IMG/VR virus record: IMGVR_UViG_3300003860_000007
Span: 1-64,000 of that record
Origin: a virus
Strand: one strand, 5' to 3'
Length of the DNA stretch: 64,000 bases
Under the pieces are notes generated by a model that was not told the origin of the DNA, made no database searches, and saw nothing but the letters and a program-made list of their open reading frames with translations. Within the stretch, counting starts at the first letter, position 1. Every line of letters begins with the position of its first letter. Positions 8,575-17,744 of the stretch are shown here, in pieces. Position numbers and translations under genes: made by a program.

Positions 8575-9225
8575 TTAAATATTTCCTATAAAAGAAAGTG
8601 TAAGAGAATCTACATAATAAACTTTAGCTTGTGTAAAAGCTTCTATAGTTTCTGACAAATCTGAATTTATTGATTTACACGCATCTTCAATAACATATGT
8701 ATTAAAACCTTCCATTGCTGCATCTATTGCAGTTTCTTTCACACAATAATCTAGAGCTAAACCACATACGTAAACTTCAACTACATTTCTTTCATTAAGA
8801 AAATCTTGAAGTTTTTTAGGAGCATCTGGATTTATTATTTTTGATCTATCAAATGCACTATAAACATGATTATTCCTTTCCATGCCTTTTTTAAAGATAT
8901 AAAAATCTTTTTTGCATTTTGATAAATTCAGATCTGGATGAAATGAAGCACCTAATGTATCTGCTACACAATGATCAGGCCAAAGAATATCTTTTTCTCC
9001 ATTTTCTCTTACGTAACTATCGTAAACAGAAGCTCCGGGATGTTGTGAGGCGAAAGCATCCATTTCTGGATCATGCCAATCTTGTGTAAATATAACTAAA
9101 TCAAATCTTTCAAGGAGATCATTAACTACGGGTACAATTTTGTCTCCATCTGGTACTGCTAGTGATCCTCCAGGGCAAAAATCTCTTTGCAAATCGATCA
9201 CTATTAATGCTTTTTTCTTTATCAT
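8575..9225 (-). CDS. pncA: Nicotinamidase / isochorismatase-family hydrolase (PncA-like)
   Basis: IVIDLQRDFCPGGSLAV and the later Cys-containing segment match the PncA/isochorismatase fold signature. Confidence 0.75.
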   Translation of the reverse strand: MIKKKALIVIDLQRDFCPGGSLAVPDGDKIVPVVNDLLERFDLVIFTQDWHDPEMDAFASQHPGASVYDSYVRENGEKDILWPDHCVADTLGASFHPDLNLSKCKKDFYIFKKGMERNNHVYSAFDRSKIINPDAPKKLQDFLNERNVVEVYVCGLALDYCVKETAIDAAMEGFNTYVIEDACKSINSDLSETIEAFTQAKVYYVDSLTLSFIGNI

Positions 9226-9381
9226 ATCATCTTATAGTTTGAATTTCATATTCATCATATCCATCTCTTGATTCATCTGAATCTATACATACAATTTCTA
9301 ATCCAAATGATTGTAAAGCGTCTGATATATTGTCTACAATTTCATCAGCTCTATCATCATAATCTACTCTAAATTTTGATT

Positions 9382-10317
9382 TCATAATTCTTCCTTTTTA
9401 TTTTTAACATATCTATTGTATATACTATTTTCATTTTCTATTATATCGTGTCTATATATATTGACAGGATTATTTCTTTTGAATTGAGATTTTAAATGTC
9501 GTTGAATGACAGAGTGTTGACGCATTTTATTAATTTCATCCATATATACTGCATTAACAGTTGGTGAATGTTTTTCAATAAAGTCTAAATATTCTTTAAG
9601 TATTCTATCAACTTCTTTATAACCATCTCTAGAATTTCCTGTCCAGTCTGGCATTATTTGTCCAAGATCTCCAAGATTTGTAACTCCAAGGCCATCAGTT
9701 GCAAGTGCAGTTATCGTATTTATTATTGTACTTCCTGCTTCATAATTTCCAGCATATTCATTCATAGTTAACCATTCTGCCATATCATATACTTCTGTTT
9801 TCCAAAGATTTTGTATCATACCATAATCACCTACATCACCATGAAGAGTCCAAAAACCAAGAAGAAATTCTGTATAATTATCAGTAGAAAGAACTATTCC
9901 ACGATGATATGAAGCTAAATCATACAAATAAATCATACGCAGTCTTGCTTTAAGATTTCCATTACGTATACGACTTGATGAACCTTCAGGATTAGGCGCA
10001 TGAAACAGCATATTAGATTCCATTTTGGAATACATAAAATTATATTCTTCTTCAACGCTATGCTCTAAGAATTTTGTACAAAATACTTTTCCTGTTAATT
10101 TGGCTCTTTCTAATTCTTCTGGTTGATTTGAACTTACTGGCAAACTTCTTCCTATAAGTGGAATATTTAATTCATCACAAACTGGTCTAGCAAGTGCTGC
10201 GCAAAGACAACTATCTATTCCACCTGAAATCCCTATAATAAGAGACTTTATATTATTGTTTGTAATATACAGACTTAATTCTTTTCGAATATTCGATACT
10301 GCTATTTGATAATTCAT
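9382..10317 (-). CDS. nadE: NH3-dependent NAD+ synthetase (NadE)
   Basis: PP-loop IGISGGIDSCL (SGGxDS); overall length and layout match NadE. Confidence 0.8.
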   Translation of the reverse strand: MNYQIAVSNIRKELSLYITNNNIKSLIIGISGGIDSCLCAALARPVCDELNIPLIGRSLPVSSNQPEELERAKLTGKVFCTKFLEHSVEEEYNFMYSKMESNMLFHAPNPEGSSSRIRNGNLKARLRMIYLYDLASYHRGIVLSTDNYTEFLLGFWTLHGDVGDYGMIQNLWKTEVYDMAEWLTMNEYAGNYEAGSTIINTITALATDGLGVTNLGDLGQIMPDWTGNSRDGYKEVDRILKEYLDFIEKHSPTVNAVYMDEINKMRQHSVIQRHLKSQFKRNNPVNIYRHDIIENENSIYNRYVKNKKEEL

Positions 10318-10325
10318 ATTATTTT

Positions 10326-10559
10326 TTATTTACGTATTATCCAAAATAATAACCAAAGTATAGTCGTGGGTATCCAAATTGCCCAAGTAAATATTGAAAA
10401 TTTTTCACTATTTTTTGCCCAACATAAAAATGTTAAAATAGCAGAAGTAGCACTCATTAAAAATAATACACCTGGATAAATAGGGATAAAAAGATTTCCT
10501 ACTATTAAAATTACAGTAGTAATTATTAAAGCCATTGTGAAATTTTCAAAAATTTTCAT
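10326..10559 (-). CDS. Small integral membrane protein
   Basis: Two hydrophobic helices. Confidence 0.35.
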   Translation of the reverse strand: MKIFENFTMALIITTVILIVGNLFIPIYPGVLFLMSATSAILTFLCWAKNSEKFSIFTWAIWIPTTILWLLFWIIRK

Positions 10560-10586
10560 ATTTATTTGTGTTTAATTATTAAAAAA

Positions 10587-11090
10587 TTATAAATCATTTT
10601 CTTTGTGTTTACACCAAGTTAGATATTCATCTTGATCTCTTATCCATTGTAATAATTCTGGATCAGTAACTTGTTCATGTTCTATTTTAGACCATAATTC
10701 GTTATCTCTTTCATTTTTATCATATTGATTAACGAAATATATTTTCTTAATTCCCGCTGCTATTATATTTTTCAAACATTCACTGCAAGGTTCAAGTATA
10801 CAATAAAGTTCTGCTTCTTCAATAGCAATTCCATGTTTGGCTGCAAAATTAATAGCATTCATTTCAGCATGAACCTCATATTTTTTAGACCAATTATGAT
10901 GGGCTTCTCTATCAGTTAGAAAATTATAATTAGGAAAATGATCACAACAATTTTCAAATCCTTTAGGTGTCCCATTTATTCCCGTGGAAATAATTCTTCT
11001 ATCATGAACAATAAGAGCTCCCACTTGTCTTGAGACACATTTAGATTCTTGTCCAAGTAAATATGCTGTTTTAAGAAAGAAATGTTTCAT
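10587..11090 (-). CDS. dCMP / cytidine deaminase (T4 Cd-like)
   Basis: HAEMNAI...PCSECLKNI is the zinc-binding H-A-E ... PC-x-x-C deaminase signature. Confidence 0.8.
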   Translation of the reverse strand: MKHFFLKTAYLLGQESKCVSRQVGALIVHDRRIISTGINGTPKGFENCCDHFPNYNFLTDREAHHNWSKKYEVHAEMNAINFAAKHGIAIEEAELYCILEPCSECLKNIIAAGIKKIYFVNQYDKNERDNELWSKIEHEQVTDPELLQWIRDQDEYLTWCKHKENDL

Positions 11091-11338
11091 TTGAATTCTG
11101 CTTCTAAATTTCTTAAATGTTCATTAGTATATTCGTATTCTATTTTATCTTCATAATCATAAAGATATATTTTATCTTTACATACTTTTGTTATTTTACA
11201 CTTAAAATTTTTCCAAGAATAACAATTATATAAATTATCTACAACTCCTGACCAATTATATTTTTTACCTTCAACTAGTTGAAAACCATCATGAGTTACA
11301 AATATCTTTTTGGGTTTTTTCTTAAATGGATTTTTCAT
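11087..11338 (-). CDS. Hypothetical protein
   Basis: ORF track only. Confidence 0.3.
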   Translation of the reverse strand: MKNPFKKKPKKIFVTHDGFQLVEGKKYNWSGVVDNLYNCYSWKNFKCKITKVCKDKIYLYDYEDKIEYEYTNEHLRNLEAEFK

Positions 11339-11538
11339 GGTCTTAAGCTTTTTTGTTCATTTTCTTCTCCATCGCCATCCATTAAAGTAGCAATCATGTT
11401 AATAGATTCAAGAATAGATTGTCTTAACATTTTAATCCAAGTTTCATAATCCTCTACTTTTGTGATATTAGGACGAATTGTTACGTTTTTTAGATTTTCA
11501 CAAACAGTTTTAAGCACTTTCTTTTCTAACTTTTCCAT
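11335..11538 (-). CDS. Hypothetical protein
   Basis: ORF track only. Confidence 0.3.
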   Translation of the reverse strand: MEKLEKKVLKTVCENLKNVTIRPNITKVEDYETWIKMLRQSILESINMIATLMDGDGEENEQKSLRP

Positions 11539-11656
11539 ATTGTTATTTGTTTATTATAATGCTAATATATAAAAAATATGAATACGATGTGATTTTTTGT
11601 TGTTAATTTTTTGTTAAAAAAGCAAAAGGGAGAATTTCTTCTCCCTTTCTATTCTA

Positions 11657-13360
11657 TTAGATTTCAATCTTGTTGATTTCATCTATGATTACCTGTGGGT
11701 TTATTTCAACCTGAGGAATCTTTTCGTAGATGTCTTGACCGTAGCCGTAAAGACGGAATACTCTGTTTCCACCCTTTATAGGAGCAGTTGCTGCATATCC
11801 GCATACGTTGATGATGTATACGTATGGTGTTCCGAACTTCTTGCAGTATCCTGCATAAGAATTTTCTACATTGCTGTATCCATCCTGTTCGTCAGAGATG
11901 ATAAGAATTCTATCGTACTGCTTGTTAGTTCTTTCAAACAACTTGAAGCAAGAACCGAAATCTGTACCGTGACCGCAACATCCGTTGTAGGACATGAACT
12001 TCTGCTTTAACGTATTGATTGAATCGATTGGGTTCCAACCTACAATCTGTTCAGCAGTAGAAGCGAAATGGTATACATCTCCACCAACACCCTTTGCAAA
12101 TGTTGCAGCTACAAGTGCAGCCTTGTCAGCTGGCTTCTTATTGATAGCCTTCTTAGGGTCACCATTAAGATAAATGCTGGAGTATCCACCTTTCATAGAA
12201 CCTGATGTATCGAATACAACTGCTGTTCTACCTTCTGGAAGCAAGTTCTGAAGGTTTGGAATTGACAATTCATATGCTGTTGAAAGTGCCTTTGCAACCT
12301 TAGCCAACTGTGTTCCGTTGAATTCAAGTGTCATCACTTCAAGAGCAATGTCAATCTGGTGTGGCCATACAAGAGACTTACGGATGAATTCCTTTTCAAC
12401 AAGTAAATCGCACGCCTTGTCAAGAAGAACAGTATCATTGGTCTTAAGAATGTTACGTACGTTACGAAGTAATGCAAGGTACCCAATCTTCTTAGTTTCA
12501 ATAAGTTCCTTGTAGTTTTCAGTCTTAGCTTCATTAAGTTCAACAGTTGCCTGTTCCTTAGTGATAGTTCCAGCCTTAACCTTTTCAGCTACAACCTTTC
12601 CTGCTTCAGTATTCTTATCTTCAACAGTGTTGAACTGCTTAAGAACGCCAAGAACAAGAGCCTTAAGAGTTGGAAGACCAACATTACCATTTTCAGGTGC
12701 ATCTAAAAGATATTCATCCTTTTCGAACTTAGTACCCTTAACAGCCTTCAAGTATTCAGCTTCTGATACAAATACTGTTCCATTTATAGGTGTTTCATGT
12801 GGGTGCACTAAGTTAACGATGTCAACAAGGCTTACACCACGTGACTTCATCTGGTACTTAGCTAACTGATATGCATCTGCATGTTCAATTGCATCCTTGA
12901 ATCCCTTCTTAATAGCGTTTGGAATTGGTGCTTCTACACCATTCTTAGCCTGGTAACATGCAAGAATTTCTGCCATGTCATCAAGACGATAAACGATACC
13001 TCCACGATTTTCCTTACGGTCTCTCTTAGAGAAGAATCTCTTAGCGATTTCAGAACCTGCAAGGTGAGGGATTAATTCTACTGCACCGTAATGAGTAACA
13101 GAACGCTGTCCAAATACTGTACGTGCATAGATAAGTGCCTTAGCTGCGAATAATGCATTCTTCTGCGCAACTCTATTGATAACTTCACGGAATCTCTTTT
13201 CACGTTCAGTTTCCTTTTCGTAATAAGTATTATCTAAACCAGTAGATAAAATACCAATTAATTCATGTTCTGGCTTCTGTGTTAAACCAGTTCCACCCTG
13301 TAAAGTTACAGTTTCCTTAACTTCTGGGTTGCTTACTCTCTTTTCATTGTACTTTGACAT
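11657..13360 (-). CDS. Ro60/Rsr-like TROVE-domain protein with C-terminal vWA/MIDAS domain
   Basis: N-terminal region (TGLDNTYY..., ALFAAKALIYARTVFGQRS) parallels the Ro60 TROVE region. C-terminal VVFDTSGSM is a DxSxS MIDAS motif. The gene is visibly more GC-rich than its neighbours and is preceded by AAAGGAGGT. Confidence 0.6.
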   Translation of the reverse strand: MSKYNEKRVSNPEVKETVTLQGGTGLTQKPEHELIGILSTGLDNTYYEKETEREKRFREVINRVAQKNALFAAKALIYARTVFGQRSVTHYGAVELIPHLAGSEIAKRFFSKRDRKENRGGIVYRLDDMAEILACYQAKNGVEAPIPNAIKKGFKDAIEHADAYQLAKYQMKSRGVSLVDIVNLVHPHETPINGTVFVSEAEYLKAVKGTKFEKDEYLLDAPENGNVGLPTLKALVLGVLKQFNTVEDKNTEAGKVVAEKVKAGTITKEQATVELNEAKTENYKELIETKKIGYLALLRNVRNILKTNDTVLLDKACDLLVEKEFIRKSLVWPHQIDIALEVMTLEFNGTQLAKVAKALSTAYELSIPNLQNLLPEGRTAVVFDTSGSMKGGYSSIYLNGDPKKAINKKPADKAALVAATFAKGVGGDVYHFASTAEQIVGWNPIDSINTLKQKFMSYNGCCGHGTDFGSCFKLFERTNKQYDRILIISDEQDGYSNVENSYAGYCKKFGTPYVYIINVCGYAATAPIKGGNRVFRLYGYGQDIYEKIPQVEINPQVIIDEINKIEI

Positions 13361-13404
13361 AGTGTACCTCCTTTTTTTACTATTAGTTTATACTAAAGAA
13401 TTAA

Positions 13405-13635
13405 TTAACATATTACTATAAAATGTTTTCTGTTTTCATTATCTTCACACTTAACAGGCATGAATCTTTTATCTTCATAATCTTCTCTTGCAACTTGCAT
13501 CCAACCATTTTCGGTTCCTGCTGGATTGTCTCTATTTGCTACCTCAAGTATTTCTTCATCAGTAGCGTCCCATTCTGCGCAAACTTGCATATAACATATG
13601 CCTATCATCGGCTGTGAAACTATTACTCTTTCCAT
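13405..13635 (-). CDS. Hypothetical acidic protein
   Basis: ORF track only; GC-richer like the Rsr gene. Confidence 0.3.
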   Translation of the reverse strand: MERVIVSQPMIGICYMQVCAEWDATDEEILEVANRDNPAGTENGWMQVAREDYEDKRFMPVKCEDNENRKHFIVIC

Positions 13636-13656
13636 ATTAAATTTTATTAAAAATAA

Positions 13657-13693
13657 AAAAGCCTGAGTAATTTTTTACGATTTCTCAGGCTTT
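13657..13693. terminator. Hairpin terminator-like (AAAGCCTGAG-loop-CTCAGGCTTT)
   Basis: 10-bp perfect inverted repeat with A and T runs. Confidence 0.5.
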
Positions 13694-13784
13694 GCAATAT
13701 AATCATAAAGTTCAAGTTATGAGCTATGCAAATAAAAGTTGAGAAATCTGAGAAGAGTTTAAATTGAAAATTCTAATAAAGATC

Positions 13785-13813
13785 GTTCGATGTAACTCTT
13801 TCTCTTACTACAA
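13785..13813. repeat. Dispersed R repeat copy
   Basis: gttcgatgtaactctttctcttactacaa. Confidence 0.45.
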
Positions 13814-13913
13814 TCAATTATATTATTATATATAAAGTCAAAAACTCTTTGTTTTTAGACTTAGTGTTAAAATTTTGTTAAAGATTTATTTATTAAAATT
13901 ATAGTGTAAATAT

Positions 13914-13956
13914 AATAAAAATTCTTGACAGAAAAAACTTTTTATGTTAAAATTTT
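13914..13956 (-). promoter_or_regulatory. Copy of conserved promoter-like motif
   Basis: gtgtaaatataataaaaattcttgacagaaaaaactttttatg. Confidence 0.45.
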
Positions 13957-13957
13957 G

Positions 13958-14551
13958 TTAAAATAATGAAATATTTTTGGTACGATGTAATAATCCATAT
14001 ATTATAAATGCATGACCCATCTTTTTATTTGGATCTGTAATAACATCCATAAGAGATTTATTCATCTTAACATGATTGTATCCATCAAAATCTATCAAAT
14101 AAATATCTCGTTTTTCAGTTTTATATAATTCTAAAAGTTGCTTATATGCTTCGCTTTGTAATAAAGCTCTTTTATAAATAGGAATGTAAATTTTAATTCT
14201 TGCTTGAATATATGATAATTTTTCTCCATCCCAATAACTATATAAAGGTTTTGCATCTCTACCCATAGGATATCTGTGAGCAAAATTATCATTCCATATT
14301 TTTTCAGCCCATTCAAAATATGCTGGAGAAGGATCGCCTTTTTCATCTACAAATTCTTTATATACCTTTGATGCTTGCCAGGCGTTTTCTACATTCTTTG
14401 CATAATATCCTTTATACAAATGCCCGCCCGGAAGAACAAAAGGAGATAAACCTTGAGTCCAATTTCCTGAACCTGCTCTTGAAGTTGTATTAATTACTAC
14501 TGCGCCCTCAGGTATCTCATACCTTTTAGCGTATGATTCTACGTATAACAT
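13958..14551 (-). CDS. NADAR-domain (YbiA-like) protein
   Basis: ENAWQASKVY and PMGRDAKPLYSYWDG parallel the EHYFQAQKF and ARMGRDRSKPL motifs of YbiA/NADAR. Confidence 0.5.
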   Translation of the reverse strand: MLYVESYAKRYEIPEGAVVINTTSRAGSGNWTQGLSPFVLPGGHLYKGYYAKNVENAWQASKVYKEFVDEKGDPSPAYFEWAEKIWNDNFAHRYPMGRDAKPLYSYWDGEKLSYIQARIKIYIPIYKRALLQSEAYKQLLELYKTEKRDIYLIDFDGYNHVKMNKSLMDVITDPNKKMGHAFIIYGLLHRTKNISLF

Positions 14552-14553
14552 AG

Positions 14554-14594
14554 TGTAAATATAATAAAAAATTCTGAATTGAAAATATTTATGT
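14554..14594 (-). promoter_or_regulatory. Copy of conserved promoter-like motif; ends at the ATG of 13958..14551
   Basis: gtgtaaatataataaaaaattctgaattgaaaatatttatg. Confidence 0.45.
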
Positions 14595-14742
14595 GTTAAA
14601 ATTTTGTTAAAATGATGAAACTAAACTTTATAGTTAATATATAAATTATATAACCTTGTACTTGGGGGTTTAGTGTTTGAAAGAACATTCGAGTTGGAGA
14701 AATACCAACGAATAAATTCTCAAATATAAAATAACATAAGGA

Positions 14743-15612
14743 ATGAAAATAAATTACTCAACTCAAAGGGTAACTGTGCCCACTGTATACGTGACCAAAG
14801 GTCGCCAAAGAGTAAAACAGTATGATAACACAATCTATCTTAAAAATGGAGACGAATTCGAAATAGAATTATTCAATCCATTACAATCTAAAGTTTTAGC
14901 GAAAATTGAACTCAACGGAAAGTATCTTGGTGCTGGAATAGTTTTACGTCCAGGTGAAAGAATGTTTCTTGAAAGATACATCGAAGAGTCCAGAAAATTC
15001 ATGTTTCAAACATATGAAGTTGATGGTGGTGATACTAATGTTCAAGAAGCTATTAAACTTAATGGAGTATTAGAGGTTAAATTTTATAAAGAAACTGCAC
15101 CTTCACAACCATATTACAGAAGTTCTACTATAACTTACACAACCAATCCAAGTTGGACAGTAACACCTACTTATACACATTATAATACAACAATAGGATA
15201 TTCTGGTGTAAAAAGTTCAAAAGGAGACATAGAAAATCCTGGTGTTGTTTTTGGTAATGCTACTACTTTATCATGTTCTGTGGATAATACAAAATCATAT
15301 GTAGATAGTATGCCCATTGGAGGTGAAGGATTAGGATTTGCGGGATGCGCTGATTTTTCAAGAGACTTTGCTCCACAAGAACAAACAATAGAAACTGGAA
15401 GAGTAGAAAAAGGTTCAAAATCAGATCAAGAATTTTCTACAGATAATACGCAATTTGATGTTTATTATAGTTGGAGAAGTGTTTGGAAAATTCTTCCAGA
15501 ATCTCAAAAGCCACTTATGTCTGAAGACTTAAAAGTATTTTGTACAAATTGTGGAGCTAAAAGAAAAAAATCTTCTCATAAATTTTGCCCAAACTGTGGC
15601 AACCAATTTTAA
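14743..15612 (+). CDS. Hypothetical protein with C-terminal zinc ribbon
   Basis: C-terminal CTNCGAKRKKSSHKFCPNCG; TAAGGA Shine-Dalgarno-like sequence upstream. Confidence 0.5.
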   Translation: MKINYSTQRVTVPTVYVTKGRQRVKQYDNTIYLKNGDEFEIELFNPLQSKVLAKIELNGKYLGAGIVLRPGERMFLERYIEESRKFMFQTYEVDGGDTNVQEAIKLNGVLEVKFYKETAPSQPYYRSSTITYTTNPSWTVTPTYTHYNTTIGYSGVKSSKGDIENPGVVFGNATTLSCSVDNTKSYVDSMPIGGEGLGFAGCADFSRDFAPQEQTIETGRVEKGSKSDQEFSTDNTQFDVYYSWRSVWKILPESQKPLMSEDLKVFCTNCGAKRKKSSHKFCPNCGNQF

Positions 15613-15646
15613 TTATTAACTAAACACAAGGTTATATAAAAAACTA

Positions 15647-15672
15647 AAGAGGACTTTAAGTCCTCTTTTTTA
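15647..15672. terminator. Rho-independent terminator (AAAGAGGAC-TTTAA-GTCCTCTTT then T-run)
   Basis: Perfect hairpin followed by T-run after + gene 14743..15612. Confidence 0.6.
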
Positions 15673-15996
15673 TGAATATAATTCATCAATTTTATTTTGA
15701 ATATTAGATTTTGGACATAATCCTACTTGATGCCAAATATTACCGCCATCCTTAAAAAATATCAATGTGGGAATACTTCGTATACCAAATAATTTAGTAA
15801 CTTCATGACTTTCATCTACGTTACATTTAACAACTTCTATTTTTTGGTTTTCTTCTGAAAGTTCTTCCATAATTGGACCTAATACTCTACAAGGTCCACA
15901 CCATTCTGCCCAAAAATCAACTATTATAGATTTTCCCGAATCTATAAGAATTTCTTTATAATTTTTATCAGTTATTTCTCTCATATTATAATTCAT
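15670..15996 (-). CDS. Thioredoxin
   Basis: WAEWCGPCR active site; about 108 aa. Confidence 0.85.
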   Translation of the reverse strand: MNYNMREITDKNYKEILIDSGKSIIVDFWAEWCGPCRVLGPIMEELSEENQKIEVVKCNVDESHEVTKLFGIRSIPTLIFFKDGGNIWHQVGLCPKSNIQNKIDELYS

Positions 15997-16171
15997 TTAT
16001 TAAAATTTGTGCTGCTATTTCACAATCATATTCATTTTCATATACGTGTGTACTTGCTCCTTTAACTACTGTACCATCTAAAGATTTTACTACAAACTCA
16101 AAATCATTATAAATAGGATGACAATGTATCTCAATCATATACCCATTATATTCGTAGTTTTTATTTATCAT
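15986..16171 (-). CDS. Small hypothetical protein (paralog of 16168..16368)
   Basis: Shares an N-terminal YNGY.I.I pattern with the next ORF. Confidence 0.3.
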   Translation of the reverse strand: MINKNYEYNGYMIEIHCHPIYNDFEFVVKSLDGTVVKGASTHVYENEYDCEIAAQILINEL

Positions 16172-16368
16172 GATACTATCCAGCCATCTTTATTTGCGGT
16201 TAAACGATTTATATACAGTTTTGCATGTAATTCAGCTTCTGATGGATATGGAAAACTTGGTCCTGTTGGTGTAATTATTTTTCCATCTTTCATAATAGTA
16301 TACTGATAAGCTGTATGCGTTTCATTAATACTAATAAGATATCCGTTATAAACAATGTTATTTTCCAT
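16168..16368 (-). CDS. Small hypothetical protein (paralog of 15986..16171)
   Basis: ORF track. Confidence 0.3.
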   Translation of the reverse strand: MENNIVYNGYLISINETHTAYQYTIMKDGKIITPTGPSFPYPSEAELHAKLYINRLTANKDGWIVS

Positions 16369-16381
16369 AATTTATTTATTT

Positions 16382-16458
16382 TGGTTGTCCCGGCAAGGCT
16401 CGAACTTGAAGTCTTCAGAATCAAAATCTGACGTGTTAACCGATTACACCACGGGACA
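16382..16458 (-). tRNA. tRNA-Gln (anticodon UUG), CCA encoded
   Basis: Acceptor TGTCCCG/CGGGACA, anticodon arm TCAGA-TTTTGAT-TCTGA, T-arm CAAG-TTCGAGC-CTTG, 3' ACCA. Confidence 0.65.
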
Positions 16459-17100
16459 ATTTATAAAATCTAATAATTTTTCTATTGTAAAATATTTCAA
16501 TTCATAATATGGTATTCTATATATTCTCCATCCTTTAGATCTTAAAAAATTATCTTTTTTCATATCATGTTCAACCCTTTTTAATCCGTTAGTAAAATGA
16601 GGTTCTCCATCATATTCAATAGCAATTTTTTGATCAACAAAAGCAAAATCTATAAAATAAGGATAAATTGGATATTCATTTATAATTGAATATTTTTCAT
16701 AAAAACTATTATCTTTAAGCATTTTATTTATTATGCTTTCTCCTTTACTCATCAATCTTTTATGTCTATTTGTAAAAGTTGAAATATTATTTTCATCAGA
16801 TAAATAGTCAAAACGTTTTTGTCTTAAAATTTCTTTAGATTGTTCGTTATGATGTTTATCCTTGAATGCGTTAGTTATGTTTCCTTCTTTATAATTTTGT
16901 TTTAATGTGTTTGATTGTTGTAAAATAGACGCATTATTATGTTTTGTTTTTCCTTTTGCCCAGTGTATTTTTTCACCAGTTTTCAATGTTTTTCCCGTAT
17001 CATGTGCTTTACCTTCTTCTGTATGAGTCCTCCAAATATGGCCTTTAATTCCATATTTATTATATTCTTTTTCGCAATAAGGACATTTCATACAATACAT
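16444..17100 (-). CDS. Zinc-finger + PD-(D/E)xK (DUF559/Vsr-like) nuclease-fold protein; putative homing endonuclease
   Basis: N-terminal CPYCEKEY...HIWRTH. C-terminal YFIDFAFVDQKIAIEYDGEPH...KDNFLRSKGWRIYRI is a D...E.D restriction-endonuclease-like core. Confidence 0.55.
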   Translation of the reverse strand: MYCMKCPYCEKEYNKYGIKGHIWRTHTEEGKAHDTGKTLKTGEKIHWAKGKTKHNNASILQQSNTLKQNYKEGNITNAFKDKHHNEQSKEILRQKRFDYLSDENNISTFTNRHKRLMSKGESIINKMLKDNSFYEKYSIINEYPIYPYFIDFAFVDQKIAIEYDGEPHFTNGLKRVEHDMKKDNFLRSKGWRIYRIPYYELKYFTIEKLLDFINCPVV

Positions 17101-17106
17101 TTAATT

Positions 17107-17184
17107 TGGTAGCGGGGAAGGGAATCGAACCCCTGTAGTACGGGTTATGAGCCCGAGCTGGAACCGTCTCCAGTCCACCCCGCG
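17107..17184 (-). tRNA. Initiator tRNA-fMet (anticodon CAU), CCA encoded
   Basis: 5' CGCGGGG with 1:72 mismatch (C1/U72); anticodon stem-loop TCGGG-CTCATAA-CCCGT with three G-C pairs; T-arm AGGGG-TTCGATT-CCCTT; 3' ACCA. Confidence 0.65.
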
Positions 17185-17190
17185 ATATTT

Positions 17191-17397
17191 CTAAAAAGTT
17201 TTAATGTCTAGAGGATTGCTTAAATCAAGATGATCCTCTTTAACAATATAAGTTCTTCCAATCGATTTTTGTGAAAAATAACTCTCAAGTAATTCTCCTA
17301 ATCTAAGATTTGTGTATTGATTTGGATTACTTTCTTTAGATAAAAGAATTTTCACTGCATCTGATCTGTGAATTTCAAAAAAAGTATTTTCTGACAT
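17191..17397 (-). CDS. Hypothetical protein
   Basis: ORF track only. Confidence 0.3.
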   Translation of the reverse strand: MSENTFFEIHRSDAVKILLSKESNPNQYTNLRLGELLESYFSQKSIGRTYIVKEDHLDLSNPLDIKTF

Positions 17398-17446
17398 ATT
17401 TTTAAGTATTTATATTTTATATATCAAAAATTCTAAAAGTTTTGAG

Positions 17447-17734
17447 TTAATTATAGGTAACATTTATCGATTTCATAACCAATTTAGCAAGTTTTTTAGG
17501 CTTTTGTTTAGGATAACGTAAATACCATTGCGCACCATTTCTTCCATGAAATGAACCATAAATTCCATAAAACATTACTTCTTTTATATAACGATTCATT
17601 GAATTATAGGTATAATCGCCGATAACTTTAGTTAAAGGAAATATTTTTCCTTTACGTTTTTCTGATTTCCAAATCTTAAGAATTTTCTTAATTTTTGTTT
17701 TTACTTGCTCCTGTGTATATGTTTTATGTCTCAT
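17447..17734 (-). CDS. Hypothetical basic protein
   Basis: ORF track only. Confidence 0.3.
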   Translation of the reverse strand: MRHKTYTQEQVKTKIKKILKIWKSEKRKGKIFPLTKVIGDYTYNSMNRYIKEVMFYGIYGSFHGRNGAQWYLRYPKQKPKKLAKLVMKSINVTYN

Positions 17735-17744
17735 GATTTTATAA

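Noticed and set aside
11735-13075. Plus-strand ORFs inside the Rsr gene (11735..12010, 12318..12515, 12561..12869, 12881..13075) and minus ORF 12334..12543
   Set aside because: Nested in or antisense to the 567-aa TROVE gene. They arise because this gene is GC-richer, so stop codons are rarer.
13914-13934. Sigma-70 reading of the conserved motif as -35 TTGACA / -10 TATAAT on the plus strand
   Set aside because: On the plus strand TATAAT lies upstream of TTGACA, which is the wrong order. All served genes are on the minus strand, so the motif is treated as a phage-specific or near-leaderless promoter element of unresolved architecture.
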